Counted from the stretch's first letter, positions 36,869-47,309 are shown. The stretch is DNA of 64,000 nt from an uncultured Candidatus Saccharibacteria bacterium (GCA_964349945.1 CAYGIH010000001.1:169218-233217); one strand, 5' to 3'. Program-made: numbers and translations. The notes: generated by a model not told the origin, from the sequence alone.

Positions 36869-37058
36869 AATGTCTCCTGTGAGAGGTCTGTCTATGCCTA
36901 TAATACACTCCCAAAGAGAGATTTCAACACTAATCTATTAAACCTTCCCACCATTTATAGGTGTATTGCATGAAGATATAGATAATGCCGTATACAGGCA
37001 AAAGCAAGAAAAAGAGTATTATTTTGACCACTTTCATGCCGAGATTCTATCAGAAATT

Positions 37059-37337
37059 CTAGTTTCCCCCAACTTGTTTCCCCCAAGCAATAAAGTTCAA
37101 GAAATTATCCCAAGTCAATTGAAGAATAGGTGTAAATACATTTGTCCAAATGAAAGTTACTGGTCCACCAATATAGCCCCAGATAGTATTAAAAAGTGTT
37201 TGTGCGTACCCAATAGTTTCTTGACCCTGAGGAGAATCTGCTGCTTCAAAAACCGACCAGTCATAAAAATATTTGAGGAGGATAAGAGCAATGATAACTA
37301 GAATAATTAAACCGATTATTCCTTGTTGCTTTTTCAT
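37059..37337 (-). CDS. small secreted/membrane protein of 92 aa
   Basis: An N-terminal signal/TM (MKKQQGIIGLIILVIIALILL). It lies directly downstream of the M23 peptidase gene, with no clear RBS. Confidence 0.35.
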   Translation of the reverse strand: MKKQQGIIGLIILVIIALILLKYFYDWSVFEAADSPQGQETIGYAQTLFNTIWGYIGGPVTFIWTNVFTPILQLTWDNFLNFIAWGKQVGGN

Positions 37338-37349
37338 ACTTAAAGTTTA

Positions 37350-38627
37350 TTAGATAGACGGTAAATACGCAAGCGGGTCAAGGTAGGCTGAAGAGTCAGC
37401 AATAGGCACATAGACCTGCTTACAATTTTTACTGGCAGTAAATTGCCTAACTGAAACTCCTTGGGAGGCGAATAATCCAAGATGCAGATGTTGTCCAGTA
37501 GAAAACCCAGAACCAAACATTCCTGGTGCTCCACCGGACAAACCTATTACATCCCCAGTGTTCACTCGCTGGCCAGTGAACACTCTAGATGCAGATAAGT
37601 GTCCATAAACAGTTGATAGACCATTGTCATGTTTAATGAGAATCCATCGACCATACGAATAACATCCTCGTTGCTCATCTGTATTTCCTGTTCCTGTGAT
37701 AGTGCCAGAAAGAGCCGCTCTAACTGGTGTCCCCATTGTGGCTCTAAAATCAATACCATTGTGTGATCCAGAAGCATAAAGCCTTGAAGCACCGACGGTT
37801 TTACCAAATTTTTGGGTTAAAAATACTTTGTCGAGTGGCCACGAAAGCACCCCTGGTTTTTTTGAAGGCAAGAGGCTTGGGTCAATGGCTATTTTGAGTT
37901 GAGACTCGTATGCATAGAGTTCCTCCTCAAATTGTTTTTCTCTCGCTCGATTGTCAGCCAGAAGTTTCTGATATATCGCTTCTTGGTTTTTGGTAATTGC
38001 CAATAACTCCGCTTTTGATTTTTTGTTTATATCTACAGATTGCTTCTGTACTGCAAGGTCTTCTTTCAAATTCACTAATTCAGTTTTCTTCTTTGTTTTC
38101 TGATTTAGTTGAGCATCAAGTTCTATATTTGCTTGTTCCAAGGTTGCCATCTCGTTTTTTAATGAGTTTTGCAGATTATCTAGTGAGTCCACGTCCTTCC
38201 ATACATCGCTCAAACTACCTGATTCTAGAAAGATAGAAGCTATCGACCTGCTCTCAGCTTCAGAAATTCTACGGATAGCAGAGGCGATAGCTTTACTATG
38301 TATGCTTATTTGATTTTCTTGGTCTTTTATCTTTTCACTGATTTGGCTTATGGATAAATTTGTAGAATAAATTTTATTTTCTGTGGCCTTTAGGTCTGTA
38401 GAGAGTTTTTTTTGAGTAGTGTCCAACACTTTGATAGTAGAGTTTAGAGTCGCTTCCTTTTGGGCGGTCTCTATAAGTTGTTGCTCAAGCTTTTGACTTT
38501 CTGCTTTTAATTGCTCAAGTTCTGGTTTTTTGGCATCTATTTTCTGCTGTAGGTCCTCAATAAGTCCTGCTCTTGATACAAAAGGTATAAATATAAATAA
38601 GAGCGCTATTATAAATATTTTTTTCAT
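37350..38627 (-). CDS. M23-family peptidoglycan metalloendopeptidase with an N-terminal coiled-coil (EnvC/LytM-like)
   Basis: A signal peptide, a long coiled-coil, and an M23 domain (GIDFRATMGTPVRAALSG ... HLHLGLF). Confidence 0.8.
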   Translation of the reverse strand: MKKIFIIALLFIFIPFVSRAGLIEDLQQKIDAKKPELEQLKAESQKLEQQLIETAQKEATLNSTIKVLDTTQKKLSTDLKATENKIYSTNLSISQISEKIKDQENQISIHSKAIASAIRRISEAESRSIASIFLESGSLSDVWKDVDSLDNLQNSLKNEMATLEQANIELDAQLNQKTKKKTELVNLKEDLAVQKQSVDINKKSKAELLAITKNQEAIYQKLLADNRAREKQFEEELYAYESQLKIAIDPSLLPSKKPGVLSWPLDKVFLTQKFGKTVGASRLYASGSHNGIDFRATMGTPVRAALSGTITGTGNTDEQRGCYSYGRWILIKHDNGLSTVYGHLSASRVFTGQRVNTGDVIGLSGGAPGMFGSGFSTGQHLHLGLFASQGVSVRQFTASKNCKQVYVPIADSSAYLDPLAYLPSI

Positions 38628-39838
38628 TATAGTAGTTCAATCGCTTTTTCGACTCTCTTTCTTGATTCTTCGACTCCAAGTATTTTTATAAGAATAAGCG
38701 GGCTCGGAGACTTCTCTTGACCAGAAAGGGCATAGCGAAGTGGCCACAGTACATTTCCCTTCCCCATTTCCTCTGCATATTTCATAATCCCCTTTTCATC
38801 ATTCAACATACTTATAACTTGTCCCAAATGTTTCTTTGCTTCTGTTTTATTAGAATCCTTCCATGCAATTTTTTCTACATCAAGTTCAGGTTCACTGGTA
38901 CTATCAAAATCCTTAGCAATTAATTTTATTTGCTCTTCTTCTGGCAATAACTTTATATGCTCTTTATTTATCCAATCAAGTTTCTTAGTATCAAAAATTG
39001 CTCCTCCTTTATGAACTCTCTCCATACTGAATTCTTTTATAAGTTCATCTAAAGTAAAAATTTCTTTGTCAGTTCCTGGATTCCAACCCAAGAGTGCGAG
39101 GTAGTTTAATAATGCGTTAGGCTGATAACCTTGATTTTTATAAGTATCTACCCAGACTATAGCTCCATGCTTTCGCTTTGAAAGCTTGGCTCTGTCGGAG
39201 TCTAGGATAAGAGGAAGATGCGCATAAATAGGTCTTGATGCTTCTATTGCTTCTTGTATAAGGATTTGCCTTGGTGTATTCGATAGGTGTTCTTCTCCAC
39301 GGATGACATGAGTAATACCCATAAGGAAATCATCAATCACTACAGATAAATGATACAAGGGCTCATCCACACTACGGGCAATAACAAAATCTTTTAATTC
39401 TGTGGTATCGAATTCAATTTGTCCTCGAATAAGATCATCAAAAACAATTTTTTTATTTGGATTTTTAAATCGAATAACTTCTGGACGCTGTCCTTCCTCA
39501 ACCACATCTTCTTTAGAAAGATAAGCACTTCCATTATCAAGCATCTTTTGTAGATATGACTTATAAATGTCAGTTCTTTCTGATTGTCTATAGAATTCGT
39601 CGTGTTGAAGTTCAAGCCACTTAAAGCAATTCATAATATCATCTTCAAATTCCTTAGTAGATCTTTCTTTGTCTGTGTCTTCGATTCTTAGAATATATTT
39701 ACCATTTTGGCTACGAGCAAAAAGATAATTAAAAAGCGCGGTTCTAGCTCCACCAACGTGTAAGTTACCAGTTGGTGATGGGGCCATTCTCACTACAATT
39801 TGTTTATTTGTATTCATATATTTATCCCACAAGGGCAA
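38627..39838 (-). CDS. gltX: glutamyl-tRNA synthetase (short form)
   Basis: APSPTGNLHVGGART (HIGH) and KLSKRKHG (KMSKS). At 403 aa it is shorter than a typical GluRS. Confidence 0.85.
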   Translation of the reverse strand: MPLWDKYMNTNKQIVVRMAPSPTGNLHVGGARTALFNYLFARSQNGKYILRIEDTDKERSTKEFEDDIMNCFKWLELQHDEFYRQSERTDIYKSYLQKMLDNGSAYLSKEDVVEEGQRPEVIRFKNPNKKIVFDDLIRGQIEFDTTELKDFVIARSVDEPLYHLSVVIDDFLMGITHVIRGEEHLSNTPRQILIQEAIEASRPIYAHLPLILDSDRAKLSKRKHGAIVWVDTYKNQGYQPNALLNYLALLGWNPGTDKEIFTLDELIKEFSMERVHKGGAIFDTKKLDWINKEHIKLLPEEEQIKLIAKDFDSTSEPELDVEKIAWKDSNKTEAKKHLGQVISMLNDEKGIMKYAEEMGKGNVLWPLRYALSGQEKSPSPLILIKILGVEESRKRVEKAIELL

Positions 39839-40874
39839 TGACTACTCCGACTGCAGCGAATACAACACTAATAACCCAATATCTCATAACTATTTTCTCT
39901 CTGGACCATCCAATAGCCTGAAAATGGTGATGAAGTGGAGCTAGTCTAAACACTCTTTTCCCATTTCTAAATTTATATGAAATTATTTGAACAATTACTG
40001 AAAATGAAGTTGCCACAAGAGGAATTGCGATGATGGGTAAAATTAAGGTTGAGTTAGTAAGGAAGGCAATAACAGAAAGGGTGATAGTTAATCCCAGCAT
40101 ACCAGTCTCACCCATATAAAACCTTGCAGGTGGAATATTAAACCAAAGAAAGGCTAAGATAGCACCAGTTAATGCTCCACAGAAAGCTGAAATATCAATT
40201 TGATTATGTACAAAGGCTATAACTGCGAAGGCTCCAAAAATAGAAGCCAAAACTCCCCCAGCCAAACCATCAATACCATCTATAACACTAGTAGAAAAAG
40301 TAGCCAGCATAACAACAACAAAAAACGGTATAAACCAAAGACCAAGGTCTATATCTCTCCAAAATGGTACATGAATAGAAGACATTCCCAATTTGTTATA
40401 AAACCAAAAGCCTATGGCAGTTCCTATTAATGCTATTAATAGAATTTTTATTTTTCTATAGGCCACATTATCTTTGGCATAATTCCCCTTGCCCAATATT
40501 TGAAAAGCATCATCAACAAGCCCAAGTAATGCTCCAAAAATGAGAGTGGCTAATGGGATGAGAGTTTGTTCACGACTCAAATAACTCAATTTTGTTGTAA
40601 TGTCAGTTGGCCAGATTATGGATAAAAGATATACACCAAAAACAGCTAAAAGCACCGACATCCAAATAATAATGCCACCTATTCTTGGAGTTGAGATTTC
40701 ACTTGTGGTGTTGTGGATGTGAGCAAAGTCTTCGACAGTGTCGGATTCGCTCCTTGGAGATTTTTTCCACATTTTATATTTATAAAAATATTTTGTGAAT
40801 ATGGGTGTGATGGCAATACCTATAAAGAAGGTTAAGACCGGCGGGATAATAACTTTGAGTATGCTTAGAGTCAT
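39822..40874 (-). CDS. mraY: phospho-N-acetylmuramoyl-pentapeptide transferase MraY
   Basis: Polytopic, with the LHHHFQAIGWSREKIV motif. Confidence 0.85.
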   Translation of the reverse strand: MTLSILKVIIPPVLTFFIGIAITPIFTKYFYKYKMWKKSPRSESDTVEDFAHIHNTTSEISTPRIGGIIIWMSVLLAVFGVYLLSIIWPTDITTKLSYLSREQTLIPLATLIFGALLGLVDDAFQILGKGNYAKDNVAYRKIKILLIALIGTAIGFWFYNKLGMSSIHVPFWRDIDLGLWFIPFFVVVMLATFSTSVIDGIDGLAGGVLASIFGAFAVIAFVHNQIDISAFCGALTGAILAFLWFNIPPARFYMGETGMLGLTITLSVIAFLTNSTLILPIIAIPLVATSFSVIVQIISYKFRNGKRVFRLAPLHHHFQAIGWSREKIVMRYWVISVVFAAVGVVIALVG

Positions 40875-42706
40875 GTTTTTTGTGTATTTATGTATACATC
40901 GTACCAGATTGCGAGCATTAGGAGGAGGTATATTTTTCTTGAATTATCGACTTTTTTATCTAAATGATTATTAATAAGGTTTTCAATAATTTTTATATTT
41001 AAATTCTCTTTTATGTATGTATTTTTTATGATCCTGTCATACACATCCTTTTTATCTTTGGTTAACCAATTTCTAATAGGAGTTGGGAAACCTAACTTTT
41101 TTCTTGTTCTAGTTGATTCTGGAATAATTAACTTAAAGGCATCTCTTAGTAAGTATTTAGTTTCCCCTCTGTTCCATTTGAATCCATCAGGTAAAGTACG
41201 TGCAAGGTCAGCAACTTTTTTATCCAAAAATGGTACCCGTAGCTCCAATGAATGAGCCATTGTCATTTTGTCTGCTTTGGCCAAAATATCTCCAATGAGC
41301 CAGGTGTGGATGTCTATATATTGCATTTGTGTTGACTCACTTAAGCTTTGTGAATCTTTATATAAACTTTCAAGTGAAAACTGTTTTTGTTTCTCACTGT
41401 TCCACAAGTCCTCAGCTTCTTTATTTGTGAAGACTGTAGCATTGCCTCTGTACCAATCAGAAAGCTTTAGTGAAGCTTTATAAAGATAATTTTTACCAAA
41501 ATAATTAAATGGTACTTTTGTTAAAAGTTTAAGAAAAATTTCTGGTATCCAAGAGGCCCAGCGTCTTGCATATGGTTCAAGGTAGATATTATAACCACCA
41601 AAAAGCTCGTCAGCTCCTTCCCCAGAGAGCACTACTTTCACATGCTTCTTAGCTTCCTTGGCCACAAAATATAAACCTATAGCAGATGGATCAGCCACAG
41701 GTTCATCAAAGTGCCACACAGCTTTTTCTAATGAATCAAAGTATTCTTTTTGACTCACAGTTATCTCTGTATGATCTGTATCTAGATAATTTGAAGTGTC
41801 TTTAGCTTCGTTTCCTTCAGTAAGTGATTCAAATCCAACAGTAAATGTTTTGATTTTCTTGTCACCCCGAACTTTTTGCATTAGTGTCGCAATGATACTT
41901 GAATCAATACCTCCAGAAAGGAATGACCCAACCGGTACGTCAGCAATCATATGGTGAGAAACAGAATCGTTCATGATACTTTTAATCTCAGCGCTTGTAT
42001 TGGTTTTGTCTAAATTATTATTTGCTTCTGGTGTATAGTGCCAATATCTATTGAGTTTATATAATCCTGATTTTAAATCTATTCTTAGTGTATGCGCTGG
42101 TGGTAATTTGAATATATTTTTAAAGAACGTTTCATCGTTGGGATTGTATTGAAATGACAAATAATCAAATACCGCCTTATCGTTCACTTCCCTCCTATAA
42201 TCTGGATGAAGAATGAGTGATTTTATCTCTGAGGCGAAACTTAAAATCTTATTATTTTGTTTAAGATAATAAAGAGGTTTTATCCCAAAGAAATCTCGTG
42301 CTAGTAAAACACTCTGATTTCTTTTGTCATAAATACAAAACGCAAACATTCCTCTTAACCTCTCGACTACAGACTCACCATACATCTCATACATCTGAAG
42401 AATTACTTCTGTGTCACTTTTTGTTTTAAATACTCTACCCTTGTTTTCTAATTCTAATTTTAATTCTTTATAATTATAAATTTCCCCATTAAAAAAAATA
42501 ACTAAATTTCCATCAGTTGAAATAATAGGTTGCTTACCTGTCTCAAGGTCGATTATGGCTAACCTTCTCATTCCTAAACCCACAAATTCATCTACATAAA
42601 AACCGTCATCATCTGGACCACGATGAAATATCTCCTTGGTCATCAGACGGATCAATCCATCTTTTTCTTTTAGATTTTGGTCTATAAGGCCAGTTATGCC
42701 ACACAT
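40871..42706 (-). CDS. asnB: glutamine-hydrolysing asparagine-synthetase-family amidotransferase (AsnB-like), embedded between mraY and murG
   Basis: A Cys2 Ntn start (MCGITGLID) and the SGGIDSS PP-loop. Confidence 0.85.
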   Translation of the reverse strand: MCGITGLIDQNLKEKDGLIRLMTKEIFHRGPDDDGFYVDEFVGLGMRRLAIIDLETGKQPIISTDGNLVIFFNGEIYNYKELKLELENKGRVFKTKSDTEVILQMYEMYGESVVERLRGMFAFCIYDKRNQSVLLARDFFGIKPLYYLKQNNKILSFASEIKSLILHPDYRREVNDKAVFDYLSFQYNPNDETFFKNIFKLPPAHTLRIDLKSGLYKLNRYWHYTPEANNNLDKTNTSAEIKSIMNDSVSHHMIADVPVGSFLSGGIDSSIIATLMQKVRGDKKIKTFTVGFESLTEGNEAKDTSNYLDTDHTEITVSQKEYFDSLEKAVWHFDEPVADPSAIGLYFVAKEAKKHVKVVLSGEGADELFGGYNIYLEPYARRWASWIPEIFLKLLTKVPFNYFGKNYLYKASLKLSDWYRGNATVFTNKEAEDLWNSEKQKQFSLESLYKDSQSLSESTQMQYIDIHTWLIGDILAKADKMTMAHSLELRVPFLDKKVADLARTLPDGFKWNRGETKYLLRDAFKLIIPESTRTRKKLGFPTPIRNWLTKDKKDVYDRIIKNTYIKENLNIKIIENLINNHLDKKVDNSRKIYLLLMLAIWYDVYINTQKT

Positions 42707-42733
42707 GGCCGTATTATAGCCATTTTTATATGC

Positions 42734-43870
42734 TTAGTCACCTTCAATCTCGTGGGATAAGGCTATTTTGAGGATTTCTTCTGCAATTTCCTTCGCTGCA
42801 TTTGGTCTATAAAAGGCCAGGGCATTCTTTCTCATTTTCTCTCTTTCTTCAGGCATACTCATTAGTCTATTTAATTCAGACAAAAGTATATGAGCAGTAA
42901 GGTTGTGCTCTTCTATAACCTCGCAGGCTCCTGCTCGTGCATATGCGAAAGCGTTTGTTCTTTGATCATGACTAATCCTCTCAGGTATAGGGATAATAAT
43001 AGAAGGTAGACCCCAAGCTGCAATTTCAAAAATTGTTGATCCTGCACGGGAGATAACGATATCAGCAACACCTGCAGACATACGCATAGCCAAATTATTC
43101 AAATAATCAAAAGGTTTATATCTGTCTTTAAATTCTGAATTATACAAAACAGCATCTGCGGTTTCCTTGCATTCTTTGAAATTTTCCTTGCCTGTTTGGT
43201 GAATAATCGAATAATTTTTTACTAACTCAGGTAATCCTTCGAGCAATATGTCATTGATCCTTTGAGCACCCTGTGAACCACCAATAAGTAATATTACTGG
43301 TACATTGTCTTCGAGCTTAAGAAACTCCCTCGCTCCGTCGGTGATGGGTTCTACGATATCTTCCCTAACTGGATTACCAGTGAGAATAGATTTCCCTATT
43401 GGGAAAAATTTTGCAGCATCTGGATACGAAACAGCAATCCTCTCTGCAAACTTTCCAGCCCAAGAATTCACTATCCCTGGGCTGGTGTCTGATTCATGAA
43501 TAACTACAGGAATACGAAGGATGCGGGCAGCCATGAGAGCGGGAAAACTTCCGTAGCCACCCTTTCCAAATATTACATCTGGATATAGCTTCCAAATTTG
43601 AATTAGAGATGTGAGTACTCCCCAACCAGTTCTAAAGAAATCTATAAAATTTCTTATGGAGAAATATCTTCGAAGTTTTCCAGCACTATTTTTCTTATAA
43701 GTAATTCCTATTTCATATAATAAGCCCTCATTATATGGGGTTGGTGACATGTAATATAAATCTGGCTTAAGAAGTTTTTTCTCTTTGACTATTTCGTTTA
43801 ACTGCTTGGCAATGGCAATAATTGGATAGAAATGTCCTCCTGTTCCGCCTCCAGTGAATAGTATTCTCAT
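42734..43870 (-). CDS. murG: UDP-GlcNAc:lipid I GlcNAc-transferase MurG
   Basis: MRILFTGGGTGGHFYP and a GT28 C-terminal domain. Confidence 0.85.
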   Translation of the reverse strand: MRILFTGGGTGGHFYPIIAIAKQLNEIVKEKKLLKPDLYYMSPTPYNEGLLYEIGITYKKNSAGKLRRYFSIRNFIDFFRTGWGVLTSLIQIWKLYPDVIFGKGGYGSFPALMAARILRIPVVIHESDTSPGIVNSWAGKFAERIAVSYPDAAKFFPIGKSILTGNPVREDIVEPITDGAREFLKLEDNVPVILLIGGSQGAQRINDILLEGLPELVKNYSIIHQTGKENFKECKETADAVLYNSEFKDRYKPFDYLNNLAMRMSAGVADIVISRAGSTIFEIAAWGLPSIIIPIPERISHDQRTNAFAYARAGACEVIEEHNLTAHILLSELNRLMSMPEEREKMRKNALAFYRPNAAKEIAEEILKIALSHEIEGD

Positions 43871-44973
43871 GTTCTTTTTTGTGATTTAGTTTTTGAAATA
43901 GAGAGAATAATTCCAACCTCAAGTAATGTTATAAACAAAGAGGTTCCTCCATGACTGACAAAAGGCAAAGTTATACCAGAAAGAGGAAGTACTCCGAGCA
44001 TTGCGCCTATATTAACGAATGCCTGTGTAGTAATCATTATAACAATACCAACAACCAGGAGTCTACCGAACTCGTCTGGAACATTTGCTGCAATTTTTAA
44101 TCCTCTAATGGCGAAAAAAACAAAAAGCAATATCAATAAAGTTGCTCCAACAAAACCAAATTCTTCTGCTTGTACAGCAAATATAGAATCTCCAATCGGT
44201 TCTGGAAGAAAATTGAATTTTTGAATACTTTGACCAAAACCCCTACCAATCATTCCTCCAGAACCAATGGCAATTAATGATTGTTGTATTTGGTAGCTTG
44301 ATCCTTGAGCATTACTATCTGGGTGAAAAAAAGTATTTATGCGAGTCATCACATATGGTCTGCTGTAGGCTAAAACAGCAATTCCAAGGATTCCAACTAG
44401 CCCAATGATAAACAAATATTTCCACCGACCACCAGCTACAATAAAGATTGCCAAGCAAGAAAATATAATAAGTAACAAAGTATCTGTGTCTGGTTGCTTA
44501 AGAAGTAGAACACTAGAGATGAGAATCAAAACAATGAGTGGTAAAAACCCATATTTAAATGTTTCTATTTTACCTTTGACGCTCGAAGCCCATGCAGATA
44601 AATAAATAATCATTCCAAGTTTCAGTATCTCTGATGGTTGTAGTGATATACCCCAAAATACAAACCATCTTCTTGCCCCTCCATGTTCAAAACCTATGTT
44701 CGGGATAAGCACTAATATATTTAAAACAATAGCTATAAGTAAAATATAGAAAGCGTAAGTCTTCCAATGTTTAAAGTTAATTTTTGATGCAATCACCAAA
44801 GCAATTGTCCCCAAAAATAATCCAAGAACTGTTTGAGAAAAGGAAACGGACGAATATTGTCCACTGTTCCTTGCAAGTAAACCAAGTGAAGCCGAACTAA
44901 ATATAAAAAAACCAGCCACCATTAGAATAATGACAGAAAATAAAAAAGGCTTGTCTACACCCAACTTTTTCAT
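43867..44973 (-). CDS. ftsW: SEDS-family peptidoglycan polymerase (FtsW/RodA)
   Basis: A 10-TM profile, its position next to murG, and conserved SEDS segments. Confidence 0.8.
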   Translation of the reverse strand: MKKLGVDKPFLFSVIILMVAGFFIFSSASLGLLARNSGQYSSVSFSQTVLGLFLGTIALVIASKINFKHWKTYAFYILLIAIVLNILVLIPNIGFEHGGARRWFVFWGISLQPSEILKLGMIIYLSAWASSVKGKIETFKYGFLPLIVLILISSVLLLKQPDTDTLLLIIFSCLAIFIVAGGRWKYLFIIGLVGILGIAVLAYSRPYVMTRINTFFHPDSNAQGSSYQIQQSLIAIGSGGMIGRGFGQSIQKFNFLPEPIGDSIFAVQAEEFGFVGATLLILLFVFFAIRGLKIAANVPDEFGRLLVVGIVIMITTQAFVNIGAMLGVLPLSGITLPFVSHGGTSLFITLLEVGIILSISKTKSQKRT

Positions 44974-44980
44974 AAAGTCA

Positions 44981-45931
44981 TTATAGCTCAGAAATTGTTT
45001 GAAGAGATGCTTCCACTAACTTTTCAATATCAGAGAATCTGTCTTCCTGAGTGGAACCCAAAACAGCAATAATAATAGGTCGACCAAGCTCTGGGTCAAA
45101 GGCAATAACTAAATTTCCACCAGCAATATCAGTGAAGCCAGTTTTCGATGCTTTAATGCCAGGTATATTGGCTACAACTTGGTCTGTATTCTGAATTTTA
45201 TGGACTATGTTGTCTAAGGAGACAAGGTTAAGAGTGCTTTGTCTTGTGGCATCTAATAAACTAGGTTTATTTTTGAGGATATGTTCAAACAATGTCACCA
45301 TATCATATGCTGTCCCATATGCTCCGTTTTTAACTTCTGATTCATCTAGCCCAGTAACATTTAGGTAATAAGTATTCTTCATATTTAATGCATCAGCTTT
45401 CATGTTCATAAGGTTCACAAAGTCATTTTCGGCATCAATATTTGTTGAATTAGTTTTATGCAAAGCCCCGAGTGCGAATGCTACCGCTGTCATACCATCA
45501 TTAGATGAACTGGTTAGAGAAAAGTCTAATAACTCTTTTAAATTCCATTTTTCGTTTGCTCTCAGTCCACTATTACCCTCAATTTTAATGGCGTCATTGC
45601 TTACTATAACCGTACTAATTTCTGGTGCCAGATCAGTCGCTACAAGGGCTGTCATTACTTTAGTTAATGAAGCTAATGGCATCCGAGTATCCGAATTTTT
45701 TTGATACAATACTTTTCCTGTGCGTACGTCTAAAACATAAACTGCCTTAGCCTTTATGTCCAAGTTCTCAAAATGATTCCTTACAATTTTTGATGGTATT
45801 GATTCATTACCCCTCTCAACTTTGTTGTCTGCAATAATAGAAAAGAATACAAGCAAGAGTAAGATAGCTCCTAATGCACCAAAGAATCTAAGTTCAAATT
45901 TATTGGTGAGTAATGGTTTAGAGGCTATCAT
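44981..45931 (-). CDS. dacA: D-alanyl-D-alanine carboxypeptidase (S11, PBP5-like)
   Basis: An N-terminal TM, SxxK (ASLTKVMT), an SxN-like motif and KTG. Confidence 0.75.
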   Translation of the reverse strand: MIASKPLLTNKFELRFFGALGAILLLLVFFSIIADNKVERGNESIPSKIVRNHFENLDIKAKAVYVLDVRTGKVLYQKNSDTRMPLASLTKVMTALVATDLAPEISTVIVSNDAIKIEGNSGLRANEKWNLKELLDFSLTSSSNDGMTAVAFALGALHKTNSTNIDAENDFVNLMNMKADALNMKNTYYLNVTGLDESEVKNGAYGTAYDMVTLFEHILKNKPSLLDATRQSTLNLVSLDNIVHKIQNTDQVVANIPGIKASKTGFTDIAGGNLVIAFDPELGRPIIIAVLGSTQEDRFSDIEKLVEASLQTISEL

Positions 45932-46479
45932 TCTTCTTTCTCATTTATTGTCTTAGAAAAGGATTCTAGTTTTGTATAAGCATCTTTGTACTCAGGTAAA
46001 TCTTCAATTTTTGTAATACCCAAAAACTTTAATAATTCGAGAGTGGGTTTATAACTAAAACTTCTTTCTCCAACAATTGACTCACTTCTTTCTATTAAAC
46101 CCCTGATTAGTAAATTTCGAATAATGAAACCAGAGTTTACTCCTCTAATATAATCTATTTCTCTTCTAGAAATTGGACCTTTGTAGAGAACAATAGAAAG
46201 TGTTTCAAGACCAGCTCGACCCAAGTCCCTAGACAATTCCTCTTTTTGAATGTTTTCTATAAGTGATGAAAGATTAGGATTTGTACCCAAAGATACCGCC
46301 TCATTTAAGACTAATAAAACCAAACCTCTTTCTCTATAAAAATCCTGAAGGTTTAAAACAGCAGTAGAAACCTCATCTTTGGACACGTTTAAAAGTTTTG
46401 AAAGTTCGAGCATAGTGACTGGCTCGTTCTTGTATAAAAGTATAGCTTCTATTTTGTTTTCTAATTTCATATTAGGCAT
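45928..46479 (-). CDS. scpB: segregation and condensation protein B
   Basis: Tandem winged-helix domains (GPISRREIDYIRGVNSG). It overlaps scpA. Confidence 0.8.
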   Translation of the reverse strand: MPNMKLENKIEAILLYKNEPVTMLELSKLLNVSKDEVSTAVLNLQDFYRERGLVLLVLNEAVSLGTNPNLSSLIENIQKEELSRDLGRAGLETLSIVLYKGPISRREIDYIRGVNSGFIIRNLLIRGLIERSESIVGERSFSYKPTLELLKFLGITKIEDLPEYKDAYTKLESFSKTINEKEE

Positions 46480-47233
46480 AATTCGGTATATTTACTGATT
46501 CAGTTTCCATTTCTATTTCTCCAGCACTATCTTGGGTAACCCTTATAGCCCCGCGTTTAACAAGTTCTAGCATAGCAAGAAATCCAACAATGACCATCAC
46601 CTTTTTCTCTTGGGTAAGTTTACCATTCGCACCTAATTGATTTTTGAATTCAGTAAAATTCATTTTCATATTCTTGGATATTCTCTCTGCTAATTTCTCT
46701 ATAGTTTCTTCTAGATTTATCATTTTTCTAACAATTGCTTTTGGTATGGTTTCTTGTTTAGGTAAGGATTCAATAATTCTTTGTAGTGCTAACAATAGTT
46801 CATTAGTGTTTGTTTTTGAATCAGGGGTAAAAACAATTATTGTATTCTTTGATGGAGTTTTATCAAAAATAACATTTTTGCCAAACATTTTTTTAATCTC
46901 TTGGGCTAACTCTTTAGTCCTTGCGTACAAAACCAATCGATTCTGTAAATCTTCTATTGAACCCTCCTCTTCCTCAGTAAGTTCAAGCATTGGAAGGAGT
47001 GAACGGGATTTAACCAACATTAGTGTAGAAGCTATAAGTATAAATTCCGCACTCTCTCCAATAGGAAAATCCTCATGAGTCTCAATATATTTTATAAAAT
47101 CATCTGTTACTTGTGATAAAGAGACGTCATTTATAAAAAGTTTACGTTTTTCTATTAAATCAAGAAGAAGGTCCAAAGGACCCTCAAAAACACCAGTTTT
47201 CACCATATAGTTCAGCTCATCCATTTTGTTCAT
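46472..47233 (-). CDS. scpA: segregation and condensation protein A
   Basis: A kleisin-like ScpA (LDLLLDLIEKRKLFINDVSLSQVTDDF). Confidence 0.8.
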   Translation of the reverse strand: MNKMDELNYMVKTGVFEGPLDLLLDLIEKRKLFINDVSLSQVTDDFIKYIETHEDFPIGESAEFILIASTLMLVKSRSLLPMLELTEEEEGSIEDLQNRLVLYARTKELAQEIKKMFGKNVIFDKTPSKNTIIVFTPDSKTNTNELLLALQRIIESLPKQETIPKAIVRKMINLEETIEKLAERISKNMKMNFTEFKNQLGANGKLTQEKKVMVIVGFLAMLELVKRGAIRVTQDSAGEIEMETESVNIPNYA

Positions 47234-47258
47234 TATAACTTTTTTACTTATTTTTATA

Positions 47259-47287
47259 AAGAAAAACCCGTCTCAGAACGAGACGGG
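47259..47287 (-). terminator. intrinsic terminator for the lipoprotein gene
   Basis: The reverse complement gives CCCGTCTC-guucu-GAGACGGG followed by TTTTTCTTT. Confidence 0.55.
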
Positions 47288-47309
47288 TGTCTCTCTGAAA
47301 CGGGTTGTG

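Noticed and set aside
36966-37301. A 111-aa + ORF overlapping the small minus-strand membrane-protein ORF
   Set aside because: It has no RBS and its sequence is not protein-like. The minus-strand frame has a clear signal/TM start. Both remain uncertain.
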